Assembly (NCBI GenBank): GCA_964465205.1 | Contig: CAYXJO010000009.1 | Coordinates: 1 to 59,482, forward strand | Length of the DNA: 59,482 bases | Direction: 5' to 3' | Origin: an uncultured Gammaproteobacteria bacterium | GTDB lineage: Bacteria; Patescibacteriota; Patescibacteriia; Magasanikbacterales; GWA2-37-8 | Shown: piece by piece, positions 36,241 through 46,827 of the stretch | Position numbering within the stretch: position 1 is the stretch's first letter | Layout of the letters: every line of letters begins with the position of its first letter | Program-made: the position numbers and the translations under genes | The notes under the pieces: model-generated | Told to the model about the DNA's origin: nothing | Databases searched by the model: none | Seen by the model: only the letters and a program-made list of their open reading frames with translations

Positions 36241-36378
36241 AGTCTGTTGACTAATTTTATTCATATTTGGCATGTGAAAGAAGCTGTCGCGCTATCTATT
36301 GTAAACATTTAATTTCTTTTAAGTGTTTAGAATAGAGAGAGTCGAGAGAGGCAACCTATTGGAGAGAGAATTTGTGTT

Positions 36379-37527
36379 ATGTTAAATAATATCGAACAAA
36401 TTCAACAGTTGCTTTCGGATAAAAAAATTATCTTGATCGCACTGCCAACCAATGCCGATGGTGACTCGCTAGCTAGCGCGCTCGCACTCAAACTCGCTTT
36501 GGAAAAACAACACAAACAAGTAGATATTGTCTGTGAAGGTTTTGTTGTCCCAAAAAATTTAAAATTTCTACCCCAAATCGAAACAATCAAAGATGCATTG
36601 TCAAATTTACAAAAATTCATTATTAAGGTAGATGTGTCCAAAAATAAAATTGAAACTTTAAGTTATGACATCAAAGATAATTGGCTATCAATTTATCTCA
36701 CTCCCAAACAAGGCGTAATTACCAAAAATGAATTGCGTACCGCGACGACTTCATTCAAATACGATTTAATCTTTGCTTTGGGGGCGGCCGAACTCAATAG
36801 CTTGGGCGACGTATTTTACAACAACACTGATTTGTTTTATCGGATACCGATAATTAATATCGACCATCGTGCAAGCAATGAACATTTCGGTCATATAAAC
36901 TGCGTAGAAATAACCACGACTGCAATTGGCGAAATAATTTATCATATCATTCAGGCCATAAACCCGTCCGCTTTAGATGAAAAAATAGCTACCGCCCTAT
37001 TGACCGGCATGATTGTAAAAACCAACAGCTTTAAAGCGCCCAATGTTACTCCTACCACTCTTAATCTAGCCAGCCAACTAATTAACGTCGGGGGTGACAG
37101 AGAACAAATTATTCAACACCTATACCGCACCAAGACACTGGCTACTCTTAAGCTTTGGGGGTCGGCTCTTACACACCTTCAACACGACAGTCACATAGGC
37201 CTCGTGTGGACCACTCTAACTCGCGAAGATTTTACTCGTACTGGCGCCAACAAAAACGATTTGGATGGCATAATAGAAGAATTGCTGACGAATTCGCCCG
37301 AAGCAAAAATGATATTGGTGTTATATGAAAATGGCGCGGATAAAACTGATGGAGATGTATACGCAGTGCTCAACGCGGACAAACATCATGATGCCAAGGC
37401 GCTCTTGGCGGAATTTAATCCAGAAGGCACTAAAAAACAAGCCACTATAATGACAAAAAACAAAACCATAAAAGAGTGGGAAGAAATAATTGTCAATTCT
37501 ATTAAAACAAAAATCACCTCAAACTAA
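36379..37527 (+). CDS. DHH/NrnA-like phosphoesterase, degenerate motifs
   Basis: ADGDSLAS, INIDHR, TALLTGMIVKTNSF. Confidence 0.8.
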   Translation: MLNNIEQIQQLLSDKKIILIALPTNADGDSLASALALKLALEKQHKQVDIVCEGFVVPKNLKFLPQIETIKDALSNLQKFIIKVDVSKNKIETLSYDIKDNWLSIYLTPKQGVITKNELRTATTSFKYDLIFALGAAELNSLGDVFYNNTDLFYRIPIINIDHRASNEHFGHINCVEITTTAIGEIIYHIIQAINPSALDEKIATALLTGMIVKTNSFKAPNVTPTTLNLASQLINVGGDREQIIQHLYRTKTLATLKLWGSALTHLQHDSHIGLVWTTLTREDFTRTGANKNDLDGIIEELLTNSPEAKMILVLYENGADKTDGDVYAVLNADKHHDAKALLAEFNPEGTKKQATIMTKNKTIKEWEEIIVNSIKTKITSN

Positions 37528-37548
37528 TAGGGTGATTTTTGTTTTAAG

Positions 37549-39132
37549 CTATATTAACGGTCTACCGGTCATTTCCTCTGGCTGGGGCAGATTCATTAAT
37601 TTCAGTACTGTTGGCGCCACATCAGCCAACATACCTACCGGCGGCAAAAGACTCAGATCATTTTCAGGCGGGTCGCCGGCTGGCCCAGCTTGACCTTGCA
37701 AATCTCGGCTAATTACGACAAGTGGCACCGGATTGGTAGAATGTTCTTTGTCCATTGCACCTGTCTGCAAATTGACCACTTCTTCCGCATTACCATGATC
37801 GGCGGTGATAACTATTGCACCACCTACCGCCAAAGTGTGATCGACGATTTCGCGCAAACATTTATCTACTGATTCACAAGCTTGAATAGTAGCATCCAAA
37901 TTACCAGTATGCCCAACTATGTCCGGACTAGCATAATTAATAGCCACCAAGTCATAGACGCCACTATCGATTGCTTTGACCGCTTCTTTGGTTAGTTTAG
38001 TGGCCGACATTTCTGGCGCCTCGGCGTAACTAGCCACTTTCGGAGACGGAATAATCATGCGATCTTCGCCTGGAAATGGATTTTCAATAGTGCCGTTTAA
38101 AAAGAAAGTGATGTGCGCATACTTTTCTGTCTCAGCAATATGAAATTGTTTCAAACCAGCCTTACTAACTGTTTCTGCCAAAGAATTATGCACTACCACC
38201 GGAGGAAAAGCTACCACTACTGGCAAATCTTTTTCGTATTCCATCATGGTGACAAAAAACAAATCCTTAATATACGGACGTTCAAACTTGTCAAAACCAG
38301 GTAGAACAAAAGCTTTGGTGAGTTCACGCGCGCGATCCGGGCGATAATTGAAAAAAATTACCGCGTCGCCATTACGCACTGTGGTCACCGGTTGACCTTT
38401 CCGGTTGGTAATTACCGTTGGTACAAACTCCTCATCGTAATTTTTTGCCGCATAGGCTTCATCAATGGCCTGCATCGGATCTTCGTATTTACGCTCTGCG
38501 ACACCTTCCGCAATCATGCGATAGGCTTTCTCGACACGATCCCAACGATTGTCACGATCCATGCCATAAAATCTGCCGGTCAAACTGGCAATTTTGCCTA
38601 CTTTTAATTCATCCATTTTTTTCTGTAAATTACCTACGAACTCTTTGCCGGAATTAAAAATACAATCACGCCCATCTAAAATAGCATGCACGTACACATC
38701 TTTGTCTAATTTTTGCTCTTTGCACAATTCTAATAATGCATACAAATGCTCGTCACTTGAATGCACTTTGCCGGCAGAAACTAAACCTAACAAATGCAAC
38801 TGCGATTTATTCTTTTTTACATGCGCAATAGCATCCAAAAAAGCTTTGTTTGAAAAAAACGACCTATCGGTAATATGCTGGTTCACTCGTGGGCAAGCTT
38901 GATAATAAATACGTCCCGCGCCAATATTCAAATGGCCCACTTCTGAATTACCCATTTGCCCAAACAACAACCCCACTTCGGAACCGGAAGCATAAAGCGT
39001 CATAGCCGGATATTCTTTCAAATATTTGGTAAAATTAGGGAGACTCGCTCTTGTAACAGCATTACCATCACTTCCCGGAGCCACACCCCAACCATCAAAA
39101 ATTGTAAGTACTACTGGTTTATAATTTGACAT
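37549..39132 (-). CDS. gpmI: 2,3-bisphosphoglycerate-independent phosphoglycerate mutase, copy 1
   Basis: DGWG, GNSEVGH, DGRD, RPDRARE, DIVGHTG, TADHGN. Confidence 0.95.
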   Translation of the reverse strand: MSNYKPVVLTIFDGWGVAPGSDGNAVTRASLPNFTKYLKEYPAMTLYASGSEVGLLFGQMGNSEVGHLNIGAGRIYYQACPRVNQHITDRSFFSNKAFLDAIAHVKKNKSQLHLLGLVSAGKVHSSDEHLYALLELCKEQKLDKDVYVHAILDGRDCIFNSGKEFVGNLQKKMDELKVGKIASLTGRFYGMDRDNRWDRVEKAYRMIAEGVAERKYEDPMQAIDEAYAAKNYDEEFVPTVITNRKGQPVTTVRNGDAVIFFNYRPDRARELTKAFVLPGFDKFERPYIKDLFFVTMMEYEKDLPVVVAFPPVVVHNSLAETVSKAGLKQFHIAETEKYAHITFFLNGTIENPFPGEDRMIIPSPKVASYAEAPEMSATKLTKEAVKAIDSGVYDLVAINYASPDIVGHTGNLDATIQACESVDKCLREIVDHTLAVGGAIVITADHGNAEEVVNLQTGAMDKEHSTNPVPLVVISRDLQGQAGPAGDPPENDLSLLPPVGMLADVAPTVLKLMNLPQPEEMTGRPLI

Positions 39133-39139
39133 AATAATA

Positions 39140-40711
39140 TTAAAACAAACTTCTGCCGGTCATTTCTTTTGGTTTTGGTATATTCATGATTTTCAATATT
39201 GTAGGAGCAACATCACCCAGTTTGCCGGCGGGCAAATGTTTACGGTTCGACAAACCACATGATTTTAATGCGGATTTACTACCCACAAAAATACATGGCA
39301 CTGGGTTAAGTGAATGTTCGGTATCAACTTCGCCGGTTTGTAAATTAATCATCTCTTCAATATTGCCGTGATCGGCGGTAATCACTCCCAAGCCTTCATT
39401 GCTAATAATGGCATCCACCAATCTATTAACTTCGCGATCAACTGTCTGGACAGCAATCTCCCCCGCTTTGAGTACACCGGTATGTCCTACCATATCCGGG
39501 TTGGCAAAATTGACACAAATAAACTCATACTGACCAGATTCAATTGCTCCAACTACTATGTCTGCAACCTCTTTGGCACTCATTTGTGGATCATCGGCAT
39601 AGCTGGTGACCAATTTAGAATCCACTTTTGTCCAACGTTCGTCACAAAAATGCTGCGCATAACCGCCATTAAAAAAGTAAGTAACATGAGCAAACTTCTC
39701 TGATTCGGCAATATATAACTGCGGCCGCGGGCATAATACTTGCACTAAACTATTTTCAACATCACGACTGGGATATGCAGTCAGTACACTGGGCAAATCT
39801 GGGCCAAAATCAGCCAGCGCCACAAAACGAATATTTTTTGGGTAGCCATCGCGATTAAATGCTCCAGAATTAATTTTCTCAAAATCTGGTTGAACAAAAG
39901 CTTTGGTGAGTTCACGCGCGCGATCACTACGCAAATTAAAGAAAAATACCGCGTCATTATCTTTGATAGTCGCAACGGGTTTATTGTTATCCACAATTAC
40001 CGTCGGCGAAATAAACTCGTCTGATTCGCCTTTGTTGTAGGCCCTAGTAAGCGCTTCGCTCACACTAGGAGATGTGGCACCTTTACCAAATACAATGGCG
40101 TTGTAAGCTTGAGCAACTCGTTCCCAAGTTTTATTTCTATCCATAGCATAAAACCGACCAGTAATCGTGGCGATTATTTCAGTACCATGAAAATGTTCTT
40201 CTAATTTTTTTAAATGTTTGGCGGCATCATGCTGGCCACTATCGCGACCATCGGTAAATAAGTGCAAATAAACTTTTTCTATTTGTTGTTCCCAAAACAA
40301 ATCCAACAATGCGTATAGATGTTCCGGGCAAGAGTGAGCACTATTGTGATTGGACAATAATCCCATTAAATGCACAGCAGTTTTGTATTTTTTGACATGA
40401 TGAATAGCTTGCGCGAAAGCCGTATTTTTGAAAAAAGTACCGTCTTTAATAGAATCGGATATATACACCGCGTCTTGTTTAACAATGCGTCCCGCGCCCA
40501 AATTCAGATGGCCGGCTTCACTGTTACCTTTTTCGTTTTTGAACAACCCAACCGCTTCGCCACTGGCAGACAGTTTGGTATTGGGAAATTTTTTAATCCA
40601 ATCAAAATAATTAGGCGCATTGACGGGTGTAACCGGATTGCCTTTACTCTTGGGGTTGGCAATACCCCAACCATCCATGATAATTAAAACGGTAGTAGGT
40701 TTTTTGGACAT
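39140..40711 (-). CDS. gpmI: 2,3-bisphosphoglycerate-independent phosphoglycerate mutase, copy 2
   Basis: DGWG, GNSEAGH, DGRD, RSDRARE, NPDMVGHTG, TADHGN; start at ATG 40711. Confidence 0.95.
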   Translation of the reverse strand: MSKKPTTVLIIMDGWGIANPKSKGNPVTPVNAPNYFDWIKKFPNTKLSASGEAVGLFKNEKGNSEAGHLNLGAGRIVKQDAVYISDSIKDGTFFKNTAFAQAIHHVKKYKTAVHLMGLLSNHNSAHSCPEHLYALLDLFWEQQIEKVYLHLFTDGRDSGQHDAAKHLKKLEEHFHGTEIIATITGRFYAMDRNKTWERVAQAYNAIVFGKGATSPSVSEALTRAYNKGESDEFISPTVIVDNNKPVATIKDNDAVFFFNLRSDRARELTKAFVQPDFEKINSGAFNRDGYPKNIRFVALADFGPDLPSVLTAYPSRDVENSLVQVLCPRPQLYIAESEKFAHVTYFFNGGYAQHFCDERWTKVDSKLVTSYADDPQMSAKEVADIVVGAIESGQYEFICVNFANPDMVGHTGVLKAGEIAVQTVDREVNRLVDAIISNEGLGVITADHGNIEEMINLQTGEVDTEHSLNPVPCIFVGSKSALKSCGLSNRKHLPAGKLGDVAPTILKIMNIPKPKEMTGRSLF

Positions 40712-40718
40712 ATTTATA

Positions 40719-41966
40719 TTACAAACCAAGCTCAATTTCTATTTCCATCAACCGATTGTACTTTTCTACTCGCTCCGACCGCGACAGTGAACCGGATTTA
40801 ATATATTCTGCATTCACTGCTACAGCCAAATCCGCGATAAACGTATCGGATGTTTCGCCGGAACGATGTGATACTGCGACTTGGTACTTAAATTTTTTGG
40901 CTGTAAGGATTGTCTCAACGGTCTCAGACAGAGTACCAATTTGATTTACCTTAATCAAAATAGCATTAGCAACTTTCTCGGCAATACCTTTTTCCAAACG
41001 CTCGACGTCGGTTACAAATAAATCATCACCAATTAGTGCTACTTTTTTACCCAACTCTTTGGTCAATGTTTGCCAATTCGCCCAATCATCTTCTGCCAAA
41101 CCATCTTCAATTGTGGCAATGGGGTATTTTTTTGTCCACTGTTCAAGGGTGGCGATCATTTTGTCTGCGCGCCAACCCTGTTTTTTGCCAACAAAATAAT
41201 AGTTACCTTTATGATAAAACTCGGAAGCTGCTAAGTCCAAACCTAAATATATATGTTTGCCGGGCTCCCAACCGGTATATTTAATCGCTTCCAGTATAAC
41301 CTGAATAGCACGTTCATTATTTAGTAGCTCCGGCGCGAAACCACCTTCGTCACCAACCGACGTCGAGAAACCTTTTTGCGAAAGAATATTCGCTAGAGCA
41401 TGGAACACTTGCGAACCCATGCGCACGCGCTCACGGAATTCTTTGTGGCGCGGAATAATCATAAATTCTTGAATCGACAGGCCATTGTCGGCATGCCTAC
41501 CGCCATTGACAATATTCATCATGGGCACCGGCATTCGATAACCTTTCTCTGGTATTTTATAAACGTGACGCAAATAAGCATATAGCGGCAAATTCAAAAA
41601 CAGAGCACCGGCACGAGCGCAGGCTAGCGATACGGCCAAAATAGCATTAGCACCAAGATTGGATTTATTTTTCGTACCATCAAGCGCAATCATCTTTTTG
41701 TCAATATCTTGGATTTTTGTAATATCCATACCCACCAGGGCTTTGGCTATAATGGTATTAACGTTTTTCACTGCCTTGAGAACACCTTTCCCGCCGTAAC
41801 GTTTACCACCATCACGTAGCTCCAAGGCCTCATGAGTGCCAGTAGAAGCGCCGGACGGAACCTTGGCCAGGCTAGAAATACCATTTTCTAAAACTACTTT
41901 TGCTTCCACGGTAGGATTACCGCGCGAGTCTAGTATTTCTCGAGCAAAAATTGATTTAATCTTCAT
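40719..41966 (-). CDS. eno: Enolase
   Basis: [32 protein letters not shown]. Confidence 0.98.
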   Translation of the reverse strand: MKIKSIFAREILDSRGNPTVEAKVVLENGISSLAKVPSGASTGTHEALELRDGGKRYGGKGVLKAVKNVNTIIAKALVGMDITKIQDIDKKMIALDGTKNKSNLGANAILAVSLACARAGALFLNLPLYAYLRHVYKIPEKGYRMPVPMMNIVNGGRHADNGLSIQEFMIIPRHKEFRERVRMGSQVFHALANILSQKGFSTSVGDEGGFAPELLNNERAIQVILEAIKYTGWEPGKHIYLGLDLAASEFYHKGNYYFVGKKQGWRADKMIATLEQWTKKYPIATIEDGLAEDDWANWQTLTKELGKKVALIGDDLFVTDVERLEKGIAEKVANAILIKVNQIGTLSETVETILTAKKFKYQVAVSHRSGETSDTFIADLAVAVNAEYIKSGSLSRSERVEKYNRLMEIEIELGL

Positions 41967-42078
41967 AATATTCGATGTAAATAGACAAAAAATTAGTTCT
42001 AACTAACAAAATTTAAAACACTTTTAAACATTCAGTATTTTACCATTTTTCTACCATCTTGACAAATCATCGCAATTT

Positions 42079-42107
42079 AAAAGGCACCTCATAATAAGGT
42101 GCCTTTT
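42079..42107. terminator. Terminator hairpin downstream of the SIMPL gene
   Basis: AAAAGGCACCT-7 nt-AGGTGCCTTTT. Confidence 0.8.
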
Positions 42108-42127
42108 TCGCTATAAATTACGATATT

Positions 42128-43018
42128 TTACCACCAGGTTTGCGGCGCAATTTCATAAACCACATTCACATTAATCACCACATCTTGACTACCACTCGAA
42201 ATATCAGCAGGAGCCGAAGATATGCCGCCCATACCTACCGCGTCCACAGCCATAGCTTTCATCGGATAATAACTATTAGAACCCTCATATTCATTATACG
42301 AAACAACACTGCCCAAATTTACCCCCAAGTCATTCGCTAATTCTTGTGCTTTGAGCTTGGCGTTGGCCAAAGCTTTGGTACGAGCCAATGCTTTTAACGA
42401 TTCAGAATCATCAATGGTATAACTTAACCCCGCTACTTCGGTCAAGCCATATTTGCCAACCAAACCTAAAATACCAGATGTTTTCGTCAAATCACGGATC
42501 TTGATGGTCAGCTTGTTTTCAATTTTATACCCATTTAATACTTGGCCTTTATCTTGGGTGTAATTATAATCCGGATACACACGATAATCGGTTTGTACAT
42601 CTCGATCTTCCACGCCCATCGCCTTCAAATCCGCATATACTTTGTCCATCACCGCCTTATTATCTGATTGCGCTTTGGCTACATCTTTGTCGGTATTAGA
42701 ATAACCCAAAGTAGTTACCGCCACATCATTGTTGCCAGTAATTTTGCCAAATCCAGAAACCATAATTGTGCGCTCTGATTTATCCGCCTGACCAATAAAA
42801 TAATATTTCTTGATATTGTTGCGCATTAAAGTGCCAACGTAAAAAATCATATATACCAATAACACTCCAAGTAATGTAAGTAGGATCTTTTTACCCAACT
42901 TACAACCCCAACTACAACCACAGCCGCAACGACCGTTGCCGCATTCGCAGCCATCGTGCGCTATGGTTTTGTGACTATTAGACACCGGCATAAATAAACC
43001 TCCACCGAACGCCGCCAT
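42128..43018 (-). CDS. SIMPL (DUF541) domain protein
   Basis: VSGFGKITGNND, ARTKALANAKLKAQELA, VVINVNVVYEI. Confidence 0.9.
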   Translation of the reverse strand: MAAFGGGLFMPVSNSHKTIAHDGCECGNGRCGCGCSWGCKLGKKILLTLLGVLLVYMIFYVGTLMRNNIKKYYFIGQADKSERTIMVSGFGKITGNNDVAVTTLGYSNTDKDVAKAQSDNKAVMDKVYADLKAMGVEDRDVQTDYRVYPDYNYTQDKGQVLNGYKIENKLTIKIRDLTKTSGILGLVGKYGLTEVAGLSYTIDDSESLKALARTKALANAKLKAQELANDLGVNLGSVVSYNEYEGSNSYYPMKAMAVDAVGMGGISSAPADISSGSQDVVINVNVVYEIAPQTWW

Positions 43019-43050
43019 CGTGTGATGGCAAGTTCGAAATTAATTAATAA

Positions 43051-44202
43051 TTATTTAATAATATTTTTGATACCTGGCAGTTTTTTGCCTGATAAAAACT
43101 CCAGCATCGCTCCCCCACCAGTCGAAACTAAATCAATATCATCCATTAATTTCAATTTCTGCAAAACTTCGACTGTTTCGCCACCTCCACACACCCCAAA
43201 CGCCCTGCCTTTGGAGCGCGCGGCGATAATACGCGCGATAGCGTATGTACCATGATAATATGGGGACTGTTCGAATCGGCCCAAAGCCCCATTCCAGACT
43301 ATTGTATTGGCTTTTTTGATATATTCAGAAAACAAACGCACGGTTCGTGGACCAATATCATAAATACCGCATTTTTTAGCTAAAGATAGCTCATCGGTGG
43401 ACATAACTTTGGCTTTACGACCATTAGCCGGACCGACAACAAAATCAATCGGTAAAACAATTTTTTTGTTCGCCCCGTATGATAAAGCTTCTTTTTTATA
43501 GTCTTTATCAATCAGCGAATCCCCAATTTTATAACCCTTGCCCCAAAGATACGTATTCACAATACCTCCTCCAACCAAGACATGATCAGCTTTGGCCAAT
43601 AAATTTTTTAAAACCGGAATTTTGGTTTCCATCTTGGCACCACCCAGAACAACAACTAAAGGTTTATGCGGTTTGCTGATAATTTTTATCAATCCGGAAA
43701 TTTCTTGAGTTAACAACAACCCGGCATATGCAGGCAAGTATTTTGTCAAACCAGATACTGAAGCGCTATCTCGGTGCGCCACAGCAAAGCCGTCTAGCAC
43801 AAACAGGTCGGCCAAGCCAGAGAGCGCTTTGGCAAATTTGATGTCGTTGGCCTCCTCGCCTTTATCAAAACGAATATTTTCCAACAAAGTAACTCGACAA
43901 AATTTATTGGTATCAAATTTAGACCAGTGAGTAAAGCAAACTTCAATGCCTAGTAATTTTTGCAGTGTCTTAACCAGTGGTCGTAGAGATAATTTACGAT
44001 CGGTACCAACTGGACGACCCAGGTGGCTAACCAAAATCACCCGAGCTCCTTTACGCAATAAATACTTAATAGTGGGGATACTTTGCACAATTTTGAAATC
44101 ATCCAAAACCTTACCTTTTTTAATTGGTACATTAAAGTCTACCCGCACCAATACACGTACATTTTTCAAATTCTTTAAATTAGAAACTGACTTGATTTGC
44201 AT
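43051..44202 (-). CDS. pgk: Phosphoglycerate kinase
   Basis: VRVDFNVP, SHLGRP, LLENIRF, VSTGGGA. Confidence 0.97.
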   Translation of the reverse strand: MQIKSVSNLKNLKNVRVLVRVDFNVPIKKGKVLDDFKIVQSIPTIKYLLRKGARVILVSHLGRPVGTDRKLSLRPLVKTLQKLLGIEVCFTHWSKFDTNKFCRVTLLENIRFDKGEEANDIKFAKALSGLADLFVLDGFAVAHRDSASVSGLTKYLPAYAGLLLTQEISGLIKIISKPHKPLVVVLGGAKMETKIPVLKNLLAKADHVLVGGGIVNTYLWGKGYKIGDSLIDKDYKKEALSYGANKKIVLPIDFVVGPANGRKAKVMSTDELSLAKKCGIYDIGPRTVRLFSEYIKKANTIVWNGALGRFEQSPYYHGTYAIARIIAARSKGRAFGVCGGGETVEVLQKLKLMDDIDLVSTGGGAMLEFLSGKKLPGIKNIIK

Positions 44203-44270
44203 AACCAAAAAAATGCGTAAAACCTACCTGTTTAGGTATTCTTTATTATACCACATTTTTCACGACGATG

Positions 44271-45284
44271 CTAACTTGCCAATTTTTCATAACCCTCCTC
44301 ATGTGGCCAAAGATAATGAGAGAAAATCCAATTTGAGATATCACGCGCTTCTGTAAACCGCGACTCGTTAGACTCTGATCCTAAAATTATAGTGCGAATC
44401 GCGCGATTATTTTTATCAATCAATCGCACTGCAAAATTATAATCAGAATCTGAAATATATCCGGTTTTACCGGCAATTTGTGCCGCCTTGTATTCACTAG
44501 GAACCCAATGATTAAGAAGCCAATTAGTACTCCAAACCCGACGCATACTTTTGCCAATTGGTTTGGCGTAATATTCCGCAATTTGTAAAGATTTCAAAAT
44601 ATTCTCTTTTTCCAAAGCTAGTTTTAAAAGTTTGGCAATGTCCTCTGCTTTGGCCATATTACGATTATCAAGACCGGTTGGATCAGCGAATTTCATCGAA
44701 CGCAAGCCCAACCGCTGAGACTTTTCATTCATTTTGGCAACAAATTCTTCTTTGGATAATCCACTAGCGCGCACCAATGCATTGACCGCGCTATTGGACG
44801 AACCTACCAGCGCTATATTCCATAAATCACTCAATTGATATTTTTCTCCAGCATTAATATGATGACTACTACTATCAATATCATCGACAATTATTTCGGT
44901 GGTACTGCTCCAATGCATTGGTAAATCAGATAACACCAAGGCCGACATTAGTTTAGAAACACTGGCTAATGCACGCACTTGGTCACTATTTTTTTCAAAT
45001 AAAATCGTGTCGGTTTTGTCATCTAAAATCAATACTACTGCCGCCGTAATTGTAGAAGCATAAGTACTGTTATTGATCGGCAAAGGTATGGTGGGTTTGG
45101 CTTTGGGCAAATTGGCAGCTTCTATGTCACCACCCACCGACAATGCTCTAGCCTGTGATTGAGGAAAAGCCAAAAATTGGGGATTTTTCTTTATTTCAAA
45201 AGATACTGAGCCTACAAAAAGCAAGACCACACCAATTAGCATGATACCGAACGAAGATAAAAAATTGAATAATTTCTCTGACAT
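44271..45284 (-). CDS. D-Ala-D-Ala carboxypeptidase (S11)
   Basis: SVSK (SxxK), SSN (SxN), KTG. Confidence 0.93.
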   Translation of the reverse strand: MSEKLFNFLSSFGIMLIGVVLLFVGSVSFEIKKNPQFLAFPQSQARALSVGGDIEAANLPKAKPTIPLPINNSTYASTITAAVVLILDDKTDTILFEKNSDQVRALASVSKLMSALVLSDLPMHWSSTTEIIVDDIDSSSHHINAGEKYQLSDLWNIALVGSSNSAVNALVRASGLSKEEFVAKMNEKSQRLGLRSMKFADPTGLDNRNMAKAEDIAKLLKLALEKENILKSLQIAEYYAKPIGKSMRRVWSTNWLLNHWVPSEYKAAQIAGKTGYISDSDYNFAVRLIDKNNRAIRTIILGSESNESRFTEARDISNWIFSHYLWPHEEGYEKLAS

Positions 45285-45289
45285 TTTGA

Positions 45290-45835
45290 TTAGGGATTAT
45301 CTTGCGGCTTCAAAACATTCATAACATTTTCGTGATGGTGTAATTTATCATAATCAGGTAATTCACGCAAACTATTTATTCCCAAATGACGCAGATAATC
45401 CATAGTAACTTCGTAAGTGGGCAGTAAGTTGGTCGGGTCTTCCACTTCTTTGACAAGACCGCGCATAAGTAAATTGCGTAATATCAAGGAACAATTCACG
45501 CCGCGGATAGTCTCGAGTTCTGGTTTGGTAATCGGGCCGCAATACGAAACCACCGTCAACGTCTCCAGCTGCGGACGAGTCAGTTCGCCAGACACCTCGG
45601 CCTTGAGAAAATTTTCAGCCGCTTCGCGATTGTCGGGGTTACTCACCATTTGCCAATCATCACTATTTTGCACCAAAATTATTCCCGACTGAGCGGTGTT
45701 ATACTTGGCGCGCAACTGTTCCAGCGCGAGTTTCGCCGGTTCTTCTTCGACGTTTAATACTTTCATTATTTTCTTGGTAGATAATGGCTTACTGGCGACG
45801 AATAAGATAGTCTCAAGTTTCGATAGTATTGTCAT
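45290..45835 (-). CDS. scpB: SMC-ScpAB subunit ScpB
   Basis: LETILFVA, LETLTVVSY..PIT, IRGVN; start moved to ATG 45835. Confidence 0.93.
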   Translation of the reverse strand: MTILSKLETILFVASKPLSTKKIMKVLNVEEEPAKLALEQLRAKYNTAQSGIILVQNSDDWQMVSNPDNREAAENFLKAEVSGELTRPQLETLTVVSYCGPITKPELETIRGVNCSLILRNLLMRGLVKEVEDPTNLLPTYEVTMDYLRHLGINSLRELPDYDKLHHHENVMNVLKPQDNP

Positions 45836-45839
45836 ATAA

Positions 45840-46529
45840 TTATACTTTAACGATTTCGATATCATCAAAAGATTTAGATTGTTTAATAAAAGCTTTTTCA
45901 CTCTTGATAATTTCAAGCAGCGCCAAAAAACTGACAATTATATCCGTGCGATTGTGGGCCGACTGTAACATTTCTTTAAAACTGAATTGTTTTTTATCTT
46001 TGAAAATATTATAAATCGCGTCAATCTTTTGTTTTACCGAAATAGTATGATCAATCGTAGTAGAAGGCAGCGGGTTGATGGGGCGCAAACGCGCAACTAA
46101 AGCATTCATTGATTTTTGCAAATCTACTACAGCAGCATTACCGGGCAACACGAATCCTTCCACCTTTACCGGCGGCTCGGTACGTCCATATGAAATACGA
46201 TTTTGTTCCCACAAAATAATAATTTTTTTGCTTGCTTCAACGTACTGCTGATACATTTTTAACTGATCAGCAAGTGACGGCCCATCATCTTCTTGGGGAT
46301 ACAAATATGGCAAAAGATTTTTGGATTTTAGATATACAAGTTTGGTCGCAATTACCAAAAAATCCGCTAACTCTTCCGAGCGATTGGCTTCTAGAGTATC
46401 GAGGTGACGTAAAAATTGCTCGGTCACCTGCGACAGAGCCACTTCAGATATATTCATTTTTTCCAATTCTACCAACTGCAAAAGCAAATCCAGTGGCCCT
46501 TGAAATTTTTCGAGTTTTATTTCTGGCAT
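45840..46529 (-). CDS. scpA: Segregation/condensation protein A
   Basis: FQGPLDLLLQL, FLVIATKL, FLALLEI. Confidence 0.94.
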   Translation of the reverse strand: MPEIKLEKFQGPLDLLLQLVELEKMNISEVALSQVTEQFLRHLDTLEANRSEELADFLVIATKLVYLKSKNLLPYLYPQEDDGPSLADQLKMYQQYVEASKKIIILWEQNRISYGRTEPPVKVEGFVLPGNAAVVDLQKSMNALVARLRPINPLPSTTIDHTISVKQKIDAIYNIFKDKKQFSFKEMLQSAHNRTDIIVSFLALLEIIKSEKAFIKQSKSFDDIEIVKV

Positions 46530-46534
46530 AAAAA

Positions 46535-46825
46535 TTAGAACGGCAATTTGGCTTGACGACTTTCAATCCACTCTACCCATTTTTTGATTCCAATACGAGT
46601 AATCTTCACTTCACGAATAAACCATTTTTTGGGAGTGCGCATACCATAACCCACGAGCAGTCCTTTATCTATCAAACGTTCCAAACACTTAGTAATAGTA
46701 TTAATAGCATCTTTGCGGACTACTTTTTTGTTACGATAAAAAACGTGAAAAATGCGCCGATGCACAATTTTCCCCTTTTGCCCGAAACATTCTTTTAAAA
46801 TGTAACGTTGTAGGGGTGAAAACAT
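46535..46825 (-). CDS. Small basic hypothetical protein, winged-helix-like
   Basis: ITKCLERLIDKGLLVGYG pattern; fits the operon. Confidence 0.7.
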   Translation of the reverse strand: MFSPLQRYILKECFGQKGKIVHRRIFHVFYRNKKVVRKDAINTITKCLERLIDKGLLVGYGMRTPKKWFIREVKITRIGIKKWVEWIESRQAKLPF

Positions 46826-46827
46826 AA

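Noticed and set aside
36049-36378. Replication origin or T-box in the valS intergenic region
   Set aside because: Only one DnaA box, no switch in gene strand bias, no T-box consensus
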